Positions 8,212-16,341 of a stretch of 45,025 nucleotides of DNA are shown here, piece by piece. This DNA comes from Desulfomonile tiedjei. GTDB lineage: Bacteria > Desulfobacterota > Desulfomonilia > Desulfomonilales > Desulfomonilaceae. The position numbers and the translations under genes were made by a program. Below the pieces are notes generated by a model. It saw only the letters and a list, made by a program, of their open reading frames with translations, was not told where the DNA came from and searched no databases. Each line of letters begins with the position of its first letter. Within the stretch, counting starts at the first letter, position 1. The DNA lies in NCBI GenBank assembly GCA_020722215.1, contig DYLG01000001.1:1-45025 (forward strand), in the 5' to 3' direction.

Positions 8212-10298
8212 GCGTGAGCGGGTCCCTGTATCGTGATCATGAGGGCAGGCCGGCAGGCGCCCTGGCCCTGGTCCGTGACATCACGGAACGCAAACGAGCG
8301 GAAAAGGAGCTTGAACAAGCCCTGGAAACGGCCAAATTCCTGCGAGCGCAGGCTGAAACCGCTAGCCAGGCCAAGAGCGCTTTTGTGGCCAACATGAGCC
8401 ATGAGATCCGGCCCCCCCTAAATGCGGTGATGGGACTGACGGACCTCGCTCTCAGATGCCATTTGACGCCCAAGCTCAGAGATTACCTTGACAAGATAAG
8501 GCTCTCGTCTCAATCGCTCCGGGCAGTGATCAATGACGTACTGGACTTTTCCAAGATCGAGGCCGGAAAACTTGACCTGGAGTCAGTTGACTTCGATCTG
8601 CGTGAGATCCTCATGAACCTTGGAGATCTCCTGAGTGATCAGGGCGGCAAGAAGAACATCGAATTCATTGTGTCCATGACTCCGGACGCTCCGGGAAACC
8701 TCAAGGGCGATCCTCTCAGATTGCGGCAGGTTCTTGCCAATTTGGCCAACAACGCGCTGAAGTTCACTGATCAGGGCGAAGTGGTGGTACAGGCTTACCT
8801 CCTGGACAAGACCCCCCGGCGGGCGAGGTTTAGATTCTCCGTTAGTGACACTGGAATCGGCATACCTTCGGAGAAGATACCCGTCCTTTTTGATTCGTTC
8901 ACCCAGGCCGACGGTTCCACCACACGTAAATACGGCGGGTCCGGTCTCGGACTGACCATTTGCAAGAGCCTGGTGGAGATGATGGGCGGACGCATCGAAG
9001 TGGCCAGTCAGCCGGGTGTGGGCAGCACCTTCTCCTTTAGTCTAGACTTTGACCGTCAGGCTGACAAGCCCGAAGTATGCCTCCTGCCTGAGCCCGATCT
9101 TCGTGGGATGAAGGTTCTGGTAGTGGACGACAACACGATGGTTCGGCAGGTCCTTGTGGAAATGCTCAGGTCCTTTTCCTTCGACTCAAAGGCGGTGGAA
9201 TCCGGCAAAGCTGCTCTCGACGAACTGGCTGCCGAACAGGACGACAAGCCCTTTGATCTTGTGCTTATAGACTGGAATATGCCAGGCATGGATGGAATAG
9301 AGACGGCCGGACGGATCGACCAAGACCCCCGACTGGCGGCAAAGATCCCGAAAATCATCATGGTCACCGCGTACGCACGTGAGGATGTGGTGGCAGAGGC
9401 CATGGCTGCCGGGTTTGAGGGCTTCCTCACCAAGCCGGTGCTCCAGTCTTCGCTGCTTGACACGATCATGGAGGTCCTTGGCAGACAGACGGGCCTGGTA
9501 CTTTCACGCCCGGCCCGATCTCAGGCCGAAATCGAAGCTGCTGCCAAACTTCGAGGAGCAAGGGTGCTTGTTGCCGAAGACAACCCCATTAACCAGGTCG
9601 TAGCCAAAGAGATTCTCGAGAGCGCCGGCGCAGTTGTCCATTTGGTGCCAAACGGCAGGGAAACCGTTCGCGCTGCCTCAGCCACCGAATTGGACTTGGT
9701 CCTCATGGACGTGCAGATGCCCGAAATGGACGGATACGAAGCCTCTCGGCTCATAAGATCGTCCGGCATGAATTCACGGGCGCCCATCATCGCAATGACC
9801 GCACATGCGATGAAAGGAGACTGGGAAAAATGCCTGGACGCGGGCATGACCGACCATTTGGCCAAACCGATCAGGATGGAGGAGTTTCTTTCCAACGCGG
9901 CACGATGGGTTGAGTCTCCGGCCAGGCCGCCGGTCGAGGAAGGACTTTCCTCAAGACCAGCCGGGGAACCGCAGGAATTCTTGCTTTCTGAAACCCTGCC
10001 CGGAATCGACCTCAAGGGCGGCATCAAGAGGCTAGCGCGCAACAGGCGCCTATTCATGAAGCTCCTGCAGGATTTTCATCAGGACTACGCAACCGCTGCG
10101 GATAAGATAATCGAAGCATGGCATGCCGGAGACACGGAATCGGTCAAGAGACTCGTCCACGCTCTCAAGGGTGTGGCAGGGAACATCGGAGCCAATGATC
10201 TGTACCAGGCTGCGCGAGACGTGGAGACTGCGCTGAGGGACGGAAAAGATAACGATGTCGATGGGTTGCTGGGAGGGCTTTACAGAGCCTTCACATAG
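8202..10298 (+). CDS. Hybrid sensor histidine kinase core: PAS remnant, HisKA, HATPase_c, two receiver domains, Hpt
   Basis: H-box FVANMSHEIRPPLNAVMG. G-box GGSGLGLTICKSLVEMMGG. REC1 KVLVVDDN...LIDWNMPGMDG. REC2 RVLVAEDN...LMDVQMPEMDG...AKPI. Hpt HALKGVAGNIGA. The N-terminus (LDVSVSGSLYRDHEGRPAGALALVRDITERKRAE) is only the last strands of a PAS domain. The start (TTG 8202 or GTG 8214) is uncertain, and the gene may be the 3' part of a broken larger gene. Confidence 0.8.
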   Translation: MDVSVSGSLYRDHEGRPAGALALVRDITERKRAEKELEQALETAKFLRAQAETASQAKSAFVANMSHEIRPPLNAVMGLTDLALRCHLTPKLRDYLDKIRLSSQSLRAVINDVLDFSKIEAGKLDLESVDFDLREILMNLGDLLSDQGGKKNIEFIVSMTPDAPGNLKGDPLRLRQVLANLANNALKFTDQGEVVVQAYLLDKTPRRARFRFSVSDTGIGIPSEKIPVLFDSFTQADGSTTRKYGGSGLGLTICKSLVEMMGGRIEVASQPGVGSTFSFSLDFDRQADKPEVCLLPEPDLRGMKVLVVDDNTMVRQVLVEMLRSFSFDSKAVESGKAALDELAAEQDDKPFDLVLIDWNMPGMDGIETAGRIDQDPRLAAKIPKIIMVTAYAREDVVAEAMAAGFEGFLTKPVLQSSLLDTIMEVLGRQTGLVLSRPARSQAEIEAAAKLRGARVLVAEDNPINQVVAKEILESAGAVVHLVPNGRETVRAASATELDLVLMDVQMPEMDGYEASRLIRSSGMNSRAPIIAMTAHAMKGDWEKCLDAGMTDHLAKPIRMEEFLSNAARWVESPARPPVEEGLSSRPAGEPQEFLLSETLPGIDLKGGIKRLARNRRLFMKLLQDFHQDYATAADKIIEAWHAGDTESVKRLVHALKGVAGNIGANDLYQAARDVETALRDGKDNDVDGLLGGLYRAFT

Positions 10299-10457
10299 GT
10301 TCTCTCTTCGCTGGGAAGCCTAGAGGAAAAGGCCGAACTCAAGCCGGCCGCGAATACCGCGGAAACACGCGGTCCATCGGAAAGGGACGCATGACGAGGC
10401 GGAACCTTAAGGGGCGGCAGCAAAGTAGCCCTGACGTCTATTTTGTGATCGCGTCGG

Positions 10458-10489
10458 CTGTAGGGGTGACCGGCCGGTCGCCCCTACAG
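10458..10489. repeat. REP-like GC-rich palindrome (copy 1), between convergent genes; probable bidirectional terminator hairpin
   Basis: ctgtaggggtgaccggccggtcgcccctacag: 14-16 bp arms around CCGGCCGG, with one T/G position. Related copies at 38767-38792 and 43114-43141. Confidence 0.7.
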
Positions 10490-10528
10490 CCGAATCGGAC
10501 ATTATTTTCGGCCAATCCTTAAGCTTGG

Positions 10529-12004
10529 CTAACCAACCGGGACTGCCAAGTAGTGGGTTCCTCCCCGCTTGCTTTGGACCTTCAGAAGAACCGGTTTGCC
10601 TTTCTTTGCGGCTGCGCTTACCAAGGTTTCAAAGGAACTCGCACCCGAGACGGGCTCGTGGTTCACTTCAAGGATCACATCGCCCTTGCGCAGACCGCTA
10701 GATGCCGCCTGGCTGTCCGGCGCCACGTCGACCACCATCACGCCTTGTCCTTCCTTGAGCCCAAAGCTTTCGGCGAGGGAGCGCGGCACGCTTCGTACCT
10801 CGATTCCCAGCTCGCTGGACTTTTCACCCTCTTGGTCAGGTCCTTGCCACCCGCGTTCCATTGACGGAAGCTTCTTTGAATCGCGTTCGCCAAGTACAAC
10901 GGATACGTCAAACGTCTTGCCGCCGCGGAAGATAGTAAGTGTCGCCTTTGAACCGGGCTTCACTTTTCCGACCATGTTGGTGAGGGCTGAAGCGTCGGCC
11001 ACTTCCTTGCCGTCCAACTTCAGGATTACGTCCCCGTCCTTAATACCCGCTTTTTCGGCAGGGCTGTCAAGCACCTTGGACACAAGGGCTCCCTTGGGAG
11101 TATCCATGCCCAGGGCCTTTGCCAGCTCCTCATTGAGATTCTGTATGCCTACTCCCAGCCAACCCCGGCGCATCTTGCCGTCACTGAGCAGGGAATCCAT
11201 CACCAGCTTGGCAGTATTGGACGGGATTGCGAAACCGACTCCCTGATAGCCTCCCGTGCGAGATGCTATGGCCGTGTTTATTCCCACTACCTGGCCTTCG
11301 ATGTTCACAAGGGGACCCCCGGAGTTGCCCGGATTGATCGCGGCGTCCGTTTGGATGAAGTCCTCGTACGTAAGGATTCCCACGTTGGTTCGACCCTTGG
11401 CACTAACAATTCCCGAAGTGACTGTCTGATCAAATCCGAAGGGGTTGCCGATTGCAAGTACCACCTCACCTACTCTCAACTTCTCTGAATCGCCCAATTG
11501 CGCAGTGGGAAGATTGTCGGCATCGATCTTAATTACCGCAACGTCGCTTTCCTCATCCATGCCTTTGACCTTGGCGCTGAACGTGCGATTGTCCGAAAGG
11601 GTAACCTTGATCTCGTCAGCCCCGTTGACCACGTGGGAATTCGTTAGGATATAGCCGTCCGGAGAAACGATGACGCCCGACCCAAGTCCCCCGGGAAAGC
11701 GTTTCCGCGGCAATTCCTTGAACTTGAAAGGCAGGTCGGGGAATAGTTCACGAAAGGGGTGCCTGAAAAAAGGCGGAAGATCCTCGTCCTGGCCCGGCAT
11801 GGACCTAGCCATTTTCTTGGAGGACTTGATGTTTACCACTGCCGGCCTGACCTTTTCAGAAACTGAAACAAATGCTTCACTCAGCTCCTTGAGATACGCC
11901 GGAGCATTCTTTGCCTCAACGGAGGAGGCCACGCCTCCAACCAAATACCCAAGCATCAAAGCGATCACAAGCACTGACAACGCAGTTGAGACGCTTTTCT
12001 TCAT
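10529..12004 (-). CDS. htrA: Periplasmic serine endoprotease, DegP/HtrA (Do) family, protease domain plus two PDZ domains
   Basis: 491 aa. Signal peptide (MKKSVSTALSVLVIALMLGYLVGGVASSVEA). Catalytic motifs TNSHVV, D(V)AVIK and GNSGGPLVN. Two PDZ-like segments. AAGGAG SD upstream. Confidence 0.92.
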   Translation of the reverse strand: MKKSVSTALSVLVIALMLGYLVGGVASSVEAKNAPAYLKELSEAFVSVSEKVRPAVVNIKSSKKMARSMPGQDEDLPPFFRHPFRELFPDLPFKFKELPRKRFPGGLGSGVIVSPDGYILTNSHVVNGADEIKVTLSDNRTFSAKVKGMDEESDVAVIKIDADNLPTAQLGDSEKLRVGEVVLAIGNPFGFDQTVTSGIVSAKGRTNVGILTYEDFIQTDAAINPGNSGGPLVNIEGQVVGINTAIASRTGGYQGVGFAIPSNTAKLVMDSLLSDGKMRRGWLGVGIQNLNEELAKALGMDTPKGALVSKVLDSPAEKAGIKDGDVILKLDGKEVADASALTNMVGKVKPGSKATLTIFRGGKTFDVSVVLGERDSKKLPSMERGWQGPDQEGEKSSELGIEVRSVPRSLAESFGLKEGQGVMVVDVAPDSQAASSGLRKGDVILEVNHEPVSGASSFETLVSAAAKKGKPVLLKVQSKRGGTHYLAVPVG

Positions 12005-12042
12005 GTAGGTTTCTCCTTACAAAATCGATTAATTTACCAAGT

Positions 12043-12069
12043 TTTGACCCGCATCCACGGATTTGGTTC
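12043..12069 (-). promoter_or_regulatory. Candidate ECF/sigma-E-type promoter for htrA
   Basis: On the minus strand: GAACCA - 16 nt - TCAAA (gagAACCAaatccgtggatgcgggTCAAAac). It ends about 35 nt upstream of the htrA ATG. It resembles the GGAACTT-N16-TCNAA envelope-stress promoter type known for degP/htrA in other bacteria. Confidence 0.35.
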
Positions 12070-12550
12070 TCGCCGGATTCACCACCAAGCCAACCGCCAC
12101 AGCAGGTTCAGACCTATAACATGGCAAGATCACGAAGTAAAGACTAAATGACTCCCCGCGATCTCCCACCTTCAGAATTGCTTGGTTGCTTCCGGCGCGG
12201 CGTTCGGAAACAATTCTCTGCCGGGCATTTTCGACTTTCGGAATAATCCTGGGCATCAGTCATGGCCGAGTCGTGCGCGCTCAGCAGGTGAAGGCATGAG
12301 CTTGATCTGCGCGCTTGTAGGCATTATCACATGATTATTAATCAAATACCAATACTTATGATGAAACCATAAAGTTCATTGAGAACCATGCGGTGGAATG
12401 AGAGGGAAGAATTTGCGGTCGGGGGAGTTGCACTGTACCGGCTCCGCCGGTTTGCCTGAACTGGATGCATAGTAATTGCAGCAGGTTACCGGTCAGGTTG
12501 CTGGGTATGCGATCAAGGGACGGAGGACAGCTCGGGGATCAAGTCTAATC

Positions 12551-12567
12551 CAATTTCTAGGAAATTG
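12551..12567. promoter_or_regulatory. 17-bp palindromic candidate operator (CAATTTC-TAG-GAAATTG) upstream of the 12668 gene promoter
   Basis: Perfect 7-bp arms with a 3-nt spacer. The half-site GGAAATT recurs at 12591-12597 and, as GGAATTT, at 12613-12619. The palindrome's 3' end lies about 35 nt upstream of the TTGACA at 12602. Confidence 0.3.
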
Positions 12568-12601
12568 ATTTAACTAATTGGACTAGTTTCGGAAATTTTG
12601 C

Positions 12602-12629
12602 TTGACAATCTGGGAATTTTGGATAAGCT
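12602..12629 (+). promoter_or_regulatory. Candidate sigma-70-type promoter (TTGACA - 16 nt - TAAGCT)
   Basis: Perfect -35 TTGACA at 12602-12607. Weak -10 (TAAGCT 12624-12629) that keeps the A2/T6 positions. About 35 nt upstream of the GAGGGAGGG SD and ATG 12668. Confidence 0.35.
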
Positions 12630-12667
12630 CTGAATCACAACAAATTAGACCCCTGAGGGAGGGTGTT

Positions 12668-13660
12668 ATGTTCAAAAATGTTTATAAGTATCTGGTCTTA
12701 GGGACTATTATGGCGGCACTTCTGTGCCCGGCCGTCCCCGCCCAGTCTACTCCTGACCCATGCTCCGGTCAGGGCGCAGACTTGGACCTCGGATACAAGG
12801 GCATCTCCAAGGTCAGACCCTCTTCGTCCCAGGTCCTCAAAGTCAGGCCTTACGCCGGCGTCGACGGAATCTCCCGCTGGAATCCCCTCAACTGGGGAAG
12901 TCAGTGCTGCCTTCCCACGCCCGCCAAGAAACAGTTCGTGGTGGACACGCGAGTCTGGTTCGCAAGGCTCAACGGTGAGGTCAAGCGAGGCGGGCCCGGC
13001 ATCACAGGAGCGATGGAGCCGTCCCTGGTGGATTTTGATGACCACCTGGGACTTTCCAGGAGCGGAAATACCTTACTGACATTCTCTGCGCGATACCAAT
13101 TCCAGCCTCGATGGGCCATCAGGTACTCGTTCACTCCCATTTCCATGTCGGGCGCCAGGACTCCCAACACGTCGTTCAACTTTTTTGGACGCAATTTCAC
13201 CTCCGGTTCCAATGTCTTGAGCAAGTGGGATCGCTACGAGCATCGCACCGGACTCGTCTTCGACCTGAGCCGCACTGTAAGCGGAGCAACCAGTGTGTTT
13301 GCCGAGTGGCTCAACGTTCAGGACAAGCTCACCGTGGGAGAAACCCTGGGGCCGGCCGCCTCAGTTACCTGGAGCGACGTCAAGAACATGGCAGTGTTGG
13401 GCATAGAGTTTAACAAATGCCTCAAGAACTACCGGGGCAACACCTTGGCTTTGAGCTGCCGAGGGGGAGTGGCCTTTCTCGACGACAACTTCGGCTACGA
13501 CGCGGAGGCTTCTCTTAGCTATCTGATTCCTGTGAAGACAGGCCGTTTCGGCTTTGTGAAGGGGGGGTACCGCTATGCCCAGATCAAGAAAGAAACCGAT
13601 GCCCAGTTGTTCTCCACCACCATGGACGGTGCATTCGTGGAGCTTGGTTTCCTCTTCTAA
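12668..13660 (+). CDS. Hypothetical outer-membrane beta-barrel protein (signal peptide, C-terminal aromatic residue)
   Basis: Start ATG 12668 (MFKNVYKYLVLGTIMAALLCPAVPAQS) after the GAGGGAGGG SD, inside listed ORF 12602..13660. Alternating amphipathic strands. C-terminus ...GAFVELGFLF is typical of OMP barrels. No family recognised. Confidence 0.6.
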   Translation: MFKNVYKYLVLGTIMAALLCPAVPAQSTPDPCSGQGADLDLGYKGISKVRPSSSQVLKVRPYAGVDGISRWNPLNWGSQCCLPTPAKKQFVVDTRVWFARLNGEVKRGGPGITGAMEPSLVDFDDHLGLSRSGNTLLTFSARYQFQPRWAIRYSFTPISMSGARTPNTSFNFFGRNFTSGSNVLSKWDRYEHRTGLVFDLSRTVSGATSVFAEWLNVQDKLTVGETLGPAASVTWSDVKNMAVLGIEFNKCLKNYRGNTLALSCRGGVAFLDDNFGYDAEASLSYLIPVKTGRFGFVKGGYRYAQIKKETDAQLFSTTMDGAFVELGFLF

Positions 13661-13960
13661 TAGTCCCCGGTAGCCGGTATACCCCTTTTCTCTCCCCCTG
13701 AATGGCATGGCCCGCGGCCGGCTCGTCGGACAATGAAAACAAGCCGCCAGGGTCATGCCCTTATCCCACACCAAGCCCCTTGCTCGCACAATCCAATCCG
13801 GCACGTCGATTCGCAGCTCGCTCCAGGTTTCTCAATGCCGCGGAGCAACCCCCGCAGGTGAGACGCCCGGAAACGTAGCCGGCGGGATCAAAGAAGCCCC
13901 GGTCCAGTGTGTTTCCACCTTGGGCGGATTCGCACGTGCACCGAAAAGGCGCGACATGGC

Positions 13961-13989
13961 TTGAATCATTTTGGCGATAGGGATAAAAT
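13961..13989 (+). promoter_or_regulatory. Candidate sigma-70-type promoter (TTGAAT - 17 nt - TAAAAT) for the 14017-15359 operon
   Basis: TTGAAT at 13961-13966, a 17-nt spacer, TAAAAT at 13984-13989. Followed by the GAGGGAGGA SD and ATG 14017. Confidence 0.4.
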
Positions 13990-14016
13990 GGAACTCGCTC
14001 ATGAGGGAGGACCGCC

Positions 14017-14553
14017 ATGCCCGCCGAGGACGAGATCAGAGCAGGCCCCATGATCAGCGAAGAGTTCAGGCTCTTCGAAGAGTTTTGTTCCGAAAATACA
14101 GGTCGGGAATCGGCCTACCTCGACTTGGTCTTCAGCAACCCTCTGGAAATGGACGCGATCACGCTAGCCTTCAGTATGAGACACATGATCCGCCTGTCAA
14201 GAGAGTTGCTGGAATTCATGCTGAACACCCTCGACGACAGTGAGGCTCCGGATGTCAGTTCCCTGCTGGCAGTCAAAGGCATTCAATTGGACAAGAACCA
14301 CGCGGCCAGGCTCAGAGAGGTCATCTTTGCCTTCAGGGATTGCCCGGACAAGGAACTGCGCAAGACTCTGGTGAGCGCGCTCCAACTGATGACCATCAGC
14401 AGAGAGCGTCGGAGGGTCACTCTTACTCTGGGTGAATCGTACGCGCCGACTGAAGAGGGATGGACTTCCGAGGACTTCGGCGGTGACGATTCCGTATTCG
14501 AGGCGGTTAGATCCATTGAGGACGCACACTGGCGCGATCCGGAGGAGACGTAG
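14017..14553 (+). CDS. Hypothetical acidic, predicted all-helical cytoplasmic protein (no recognisable family)
   Basis: 178 aa ORF with a strong SD (GAGGGAGGA). No signal peptide or TM segment. Acidic C-terminal tail. Its stop lies 5 nt before the next gene's start. Confidence 0.6.
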   Translation: MPAEDEIRAGPMISEEFRLFEEFCSENTGRESAYLDLVFSNPLEMDAITLAFSMRHMIRLSRELLEFMLNTLDDSEAPDVSSLLAVKGIQLDKNHAARLREVIFAFRDCPDKELRKTLVSALQLMTISRERRRVTLTLGESYAPTEEGWTSEDFGGDDSVFEAVRSIEDAHWRDPEET

Positions 14554-14558
14554 AGACG

Positions 14559-15359
14559 ATGCAACAGGACAGTTTCCTTGTCCCGATTTCCGATGACGGA
14601 CACCGGGTGTTGAGCCTGCTGAAGAAGGATCCACGGCAGGCTTCTCAGCTCATGGCAGCCCTTTCAACGGAAGAGCAGATCAACCTGGTCAGCCACCAGG
14701 CCATTCGTGACCCGAAGGCTGCGCAGGAATTGCTGTTCCTTTTGGACGATGAAACAAGTTCCGGCCTTGTGGACGGCCTCGGAGACAGAACCCTGTTCAG
14801 AATCATGAAAGCCCAAAGCTCAACGCACATAGGAGTGCTGTCTCTAGTTAACCCCCAGCGCGTTCAGTCCATCCTGGACCTCGACCAGGAACTCTTTTCC
14901 GCTAAAGGCATCACTGATCCCCAATCCGCATACCACTGGATCGTGAGCTTTCTCGAGGAGGACGAGCCCGTCTTCGCTCAGCTCCTAAGAAACCTCGACA
15001 TAAAAGTTGTGGCTTCGGCTTTTCAGGACAAGATCGTCAGACCGGGTTCAAGCACCCAGGAAAAACCGGTGGAAGAACAGGAGGAGGCATTTCCCGCAGA
15101 TTTCCTCGTTAAGCTCGACCGTGGCGAACTGAAACCCGACGATCTGGAAGTCACCGACGAGGAGACACTCGATATTCTCACAAGGATCTATCTGGTCAAC
15201 CAGGCCTATTTCAGCGAGCTGGTTTCCTTGATGATTCGGGATGAGGACCTCAAGGCCCGGACTGCTGAGGAAGCTTTCGAAAGGATTCACGATCAGGTGG
15301 GGGACATAAGCCGGTTCACTGAAGAGGCGGAAGACATGTTCATTCCCCTGGAAGAGTAG
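14559..15359 (+). CDS. Hypothetical acidic helical-repeat protein. The segment ILDLDQELFSAKGITDPQSAYHWIVSFLEEDEPVFAQLLRNLD recalls the LDLD.W...W MgtE-N-like / DUF6178-type pattern (unverified recollection).
   Basis: 266 aa ORF tightly coupled to 14017..14553. Very acidic central and C-terminal segments. Followed by a hairpin at 15361-15394. Confidence 0.6.
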   Translation: MQQDSFLVPISDDGHRVLSLLKKDPRQASQLMAALSTEEQINLVSHQAIRDPKAAQELLFLLDDETSSGLVDGLGDRTLFRIMKAQSSTHIGVLSLVNPQRVQSILDLDQELFSAKGITDPQSAYHWIVSFLEEDEPVFAQLLRNLDIKVVASAFQDKIVRPGSSTQEKPVEEQEEAFPADFLVKLDRGELKPDDLEVTDEETLDILTRIYLVNQAYFSELVSLMIRDEDLKARTAEEAFERIHDQVGDISRFTEEAEDMFIPLEE

Positions 15360-15360
15360 T

Positions 15361-15394
15361 CCGCGGCCACCCGCAGGGGAGGCTGGGGCCGCGG
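15361..15394. terminator. GC-rich hairpin between convergent genes (CCGCGGCC ... GGCCGCGG)
   Basis: 8-bp perfect GC stem (15361-15368 / 15387-15394), immediately after the stop at 15359 and 39 nt from the convergent PPIase stop. No clear U-tract. Confidence 0.4.
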
Positions 15395-15432
15395 CAAAGG
15401 GGGGATCAATGTTTCGAACTCGGCGCCGATAA

Positions 15433-16341
15433 TCACTTCTTAGGTCCTGCGGGGGGTACGGCCGGGGCCCCTGGCTGAGCTTGTGGCGTGCCGACCTCCG
15501 GGACCGCTATCTTGACGTTCATCTTTTTTCTAAGCGCCTTTGCCAACTGCTGGAAGTGCTCCAGTTGTTGTGTTGTCCTCAGTTGCTCGATTATGTCCTG
15601 TTTAGCCTCTTCGAAAGGGATCACGCCTTCAGGCTTCTTGTCGACCAGATACAGAACATGGTAACCGAAGCGTGTCTGAACAGGGCCAACGATTTGACCT
15701 TTGCCCATCTTGAAGGCCTCGTTGGATATCTCCTCAACCAGCCGCCCTCTGGGGCGAAGGCCCAGATCACCTCCCGCTGCCTTGCTCGGGCAGTCCGAAA
15801 CCTGAGCTGCAAGTTTGGCGAAGTCCTCGCCCTTGTCGAGTTTCTTCATTACGTCTTTGGCTTCCTTCTCAGTCTTCACCAGGATGTGCCGAAGGTGCAC
15901 CATCTCCGGCGTCACGAACCTGTTGCGGTTCTCCTCGTAGTACTTCTTTGCATCCTCCTCGGATGGCGGCTTGAGCTTTTTGGCTTCTTCTTCCAGGAGC
16001 AACCGCGCCAGAATGCTCTTCTCCGTGAACTCGACGATCTTCTTGAAAGACGGCGACTTCTCCAGGCCCAGTCTTTCCGCTTCTGAAGCCAGCACGTACA
16101 CATTAACTATGTAATCGAGCGTCTGTCTCTGACCTTCCGGGTTAAGGTAGAGGTAGCGGGAGGCTTCCGGGACGGCTTTGGCCAGTTCACTGAGATCCGC
16201 GTCGGTTATCTTCCGATTGCCGATTTGAGCCAAGACCTTTGGCTCCGCTGCCCAGCTTGGATGACACATGACTGAAGCTGCAAGGATACCTGTAACGCCG
16301 ACACACAAAAGACATTTTAAAAACGGAAGGTTAGATTTCAC
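15433..16341 (-). CDS. Parvulin-type peptidyl-prolyl cis-trans isomerase (SurA/PrsA-like, secreted)
   Basis: Signal peptide ...LLCVGVTGILAASVMCHPSWAAEP. SurA-N-like helical region. PpiC domain (HLRHILV ... DLG...FGYHVLYL). Preferred start is GTG 16341, 6 nt after AAGGAG; the listed ATG 16359 lacks an SD. Confidence 0.85.
   Translation of the reverse strand: MKSNLPFLKCLLCVGVTGILAASVMCHPSWAAEPKVLAQIGNRKITDADLSELAKAVPEASRYLYLNPEGQRQTLDYIVNVYVLASEAERLGLEKSPSFKKIVEFTEKSILARLLLEEEAKKLKPPSEEDAKKYYEENRNRFVTPEMVHLRHILVKTEKEAKDVMKKLDKGEDFAKLAAQVSDCPSKAAGGDLGLRPRGRLVEEISNEAFKMGKGQIVGPVQTRFGYHVLYLVDKKPEGVIPFEEAKQDIIEQLRTTQQLEHFQQLAKALRKKMNVKIAVPEVGTPQAQPGAPAVPPAGPKK

Noticed and set aside
10381-10513. 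43-aa ORF (MTRRNLKGRQQSSPDVYFVIASAVGVTGRSPLQPNRTLFSANP) between the kinase and htrA
   Set aside because: It is read through the REP-like palindrome, the source of the GVTGRSPLQ peptide. It has no SD and is an artefact of the repeat.
13661-13960. ORFs 13755..13964(+) and 13761..14051(-) in the GC-rich gap after the barrel gene, including a C-x-C...CGGC stretch on the minus strand
   Set aside because: No SD, no family resemblance (not FmdB-type zinc-ribbon spacing), and they overlap each other. Treated as non-coding or a degenerate remnant.
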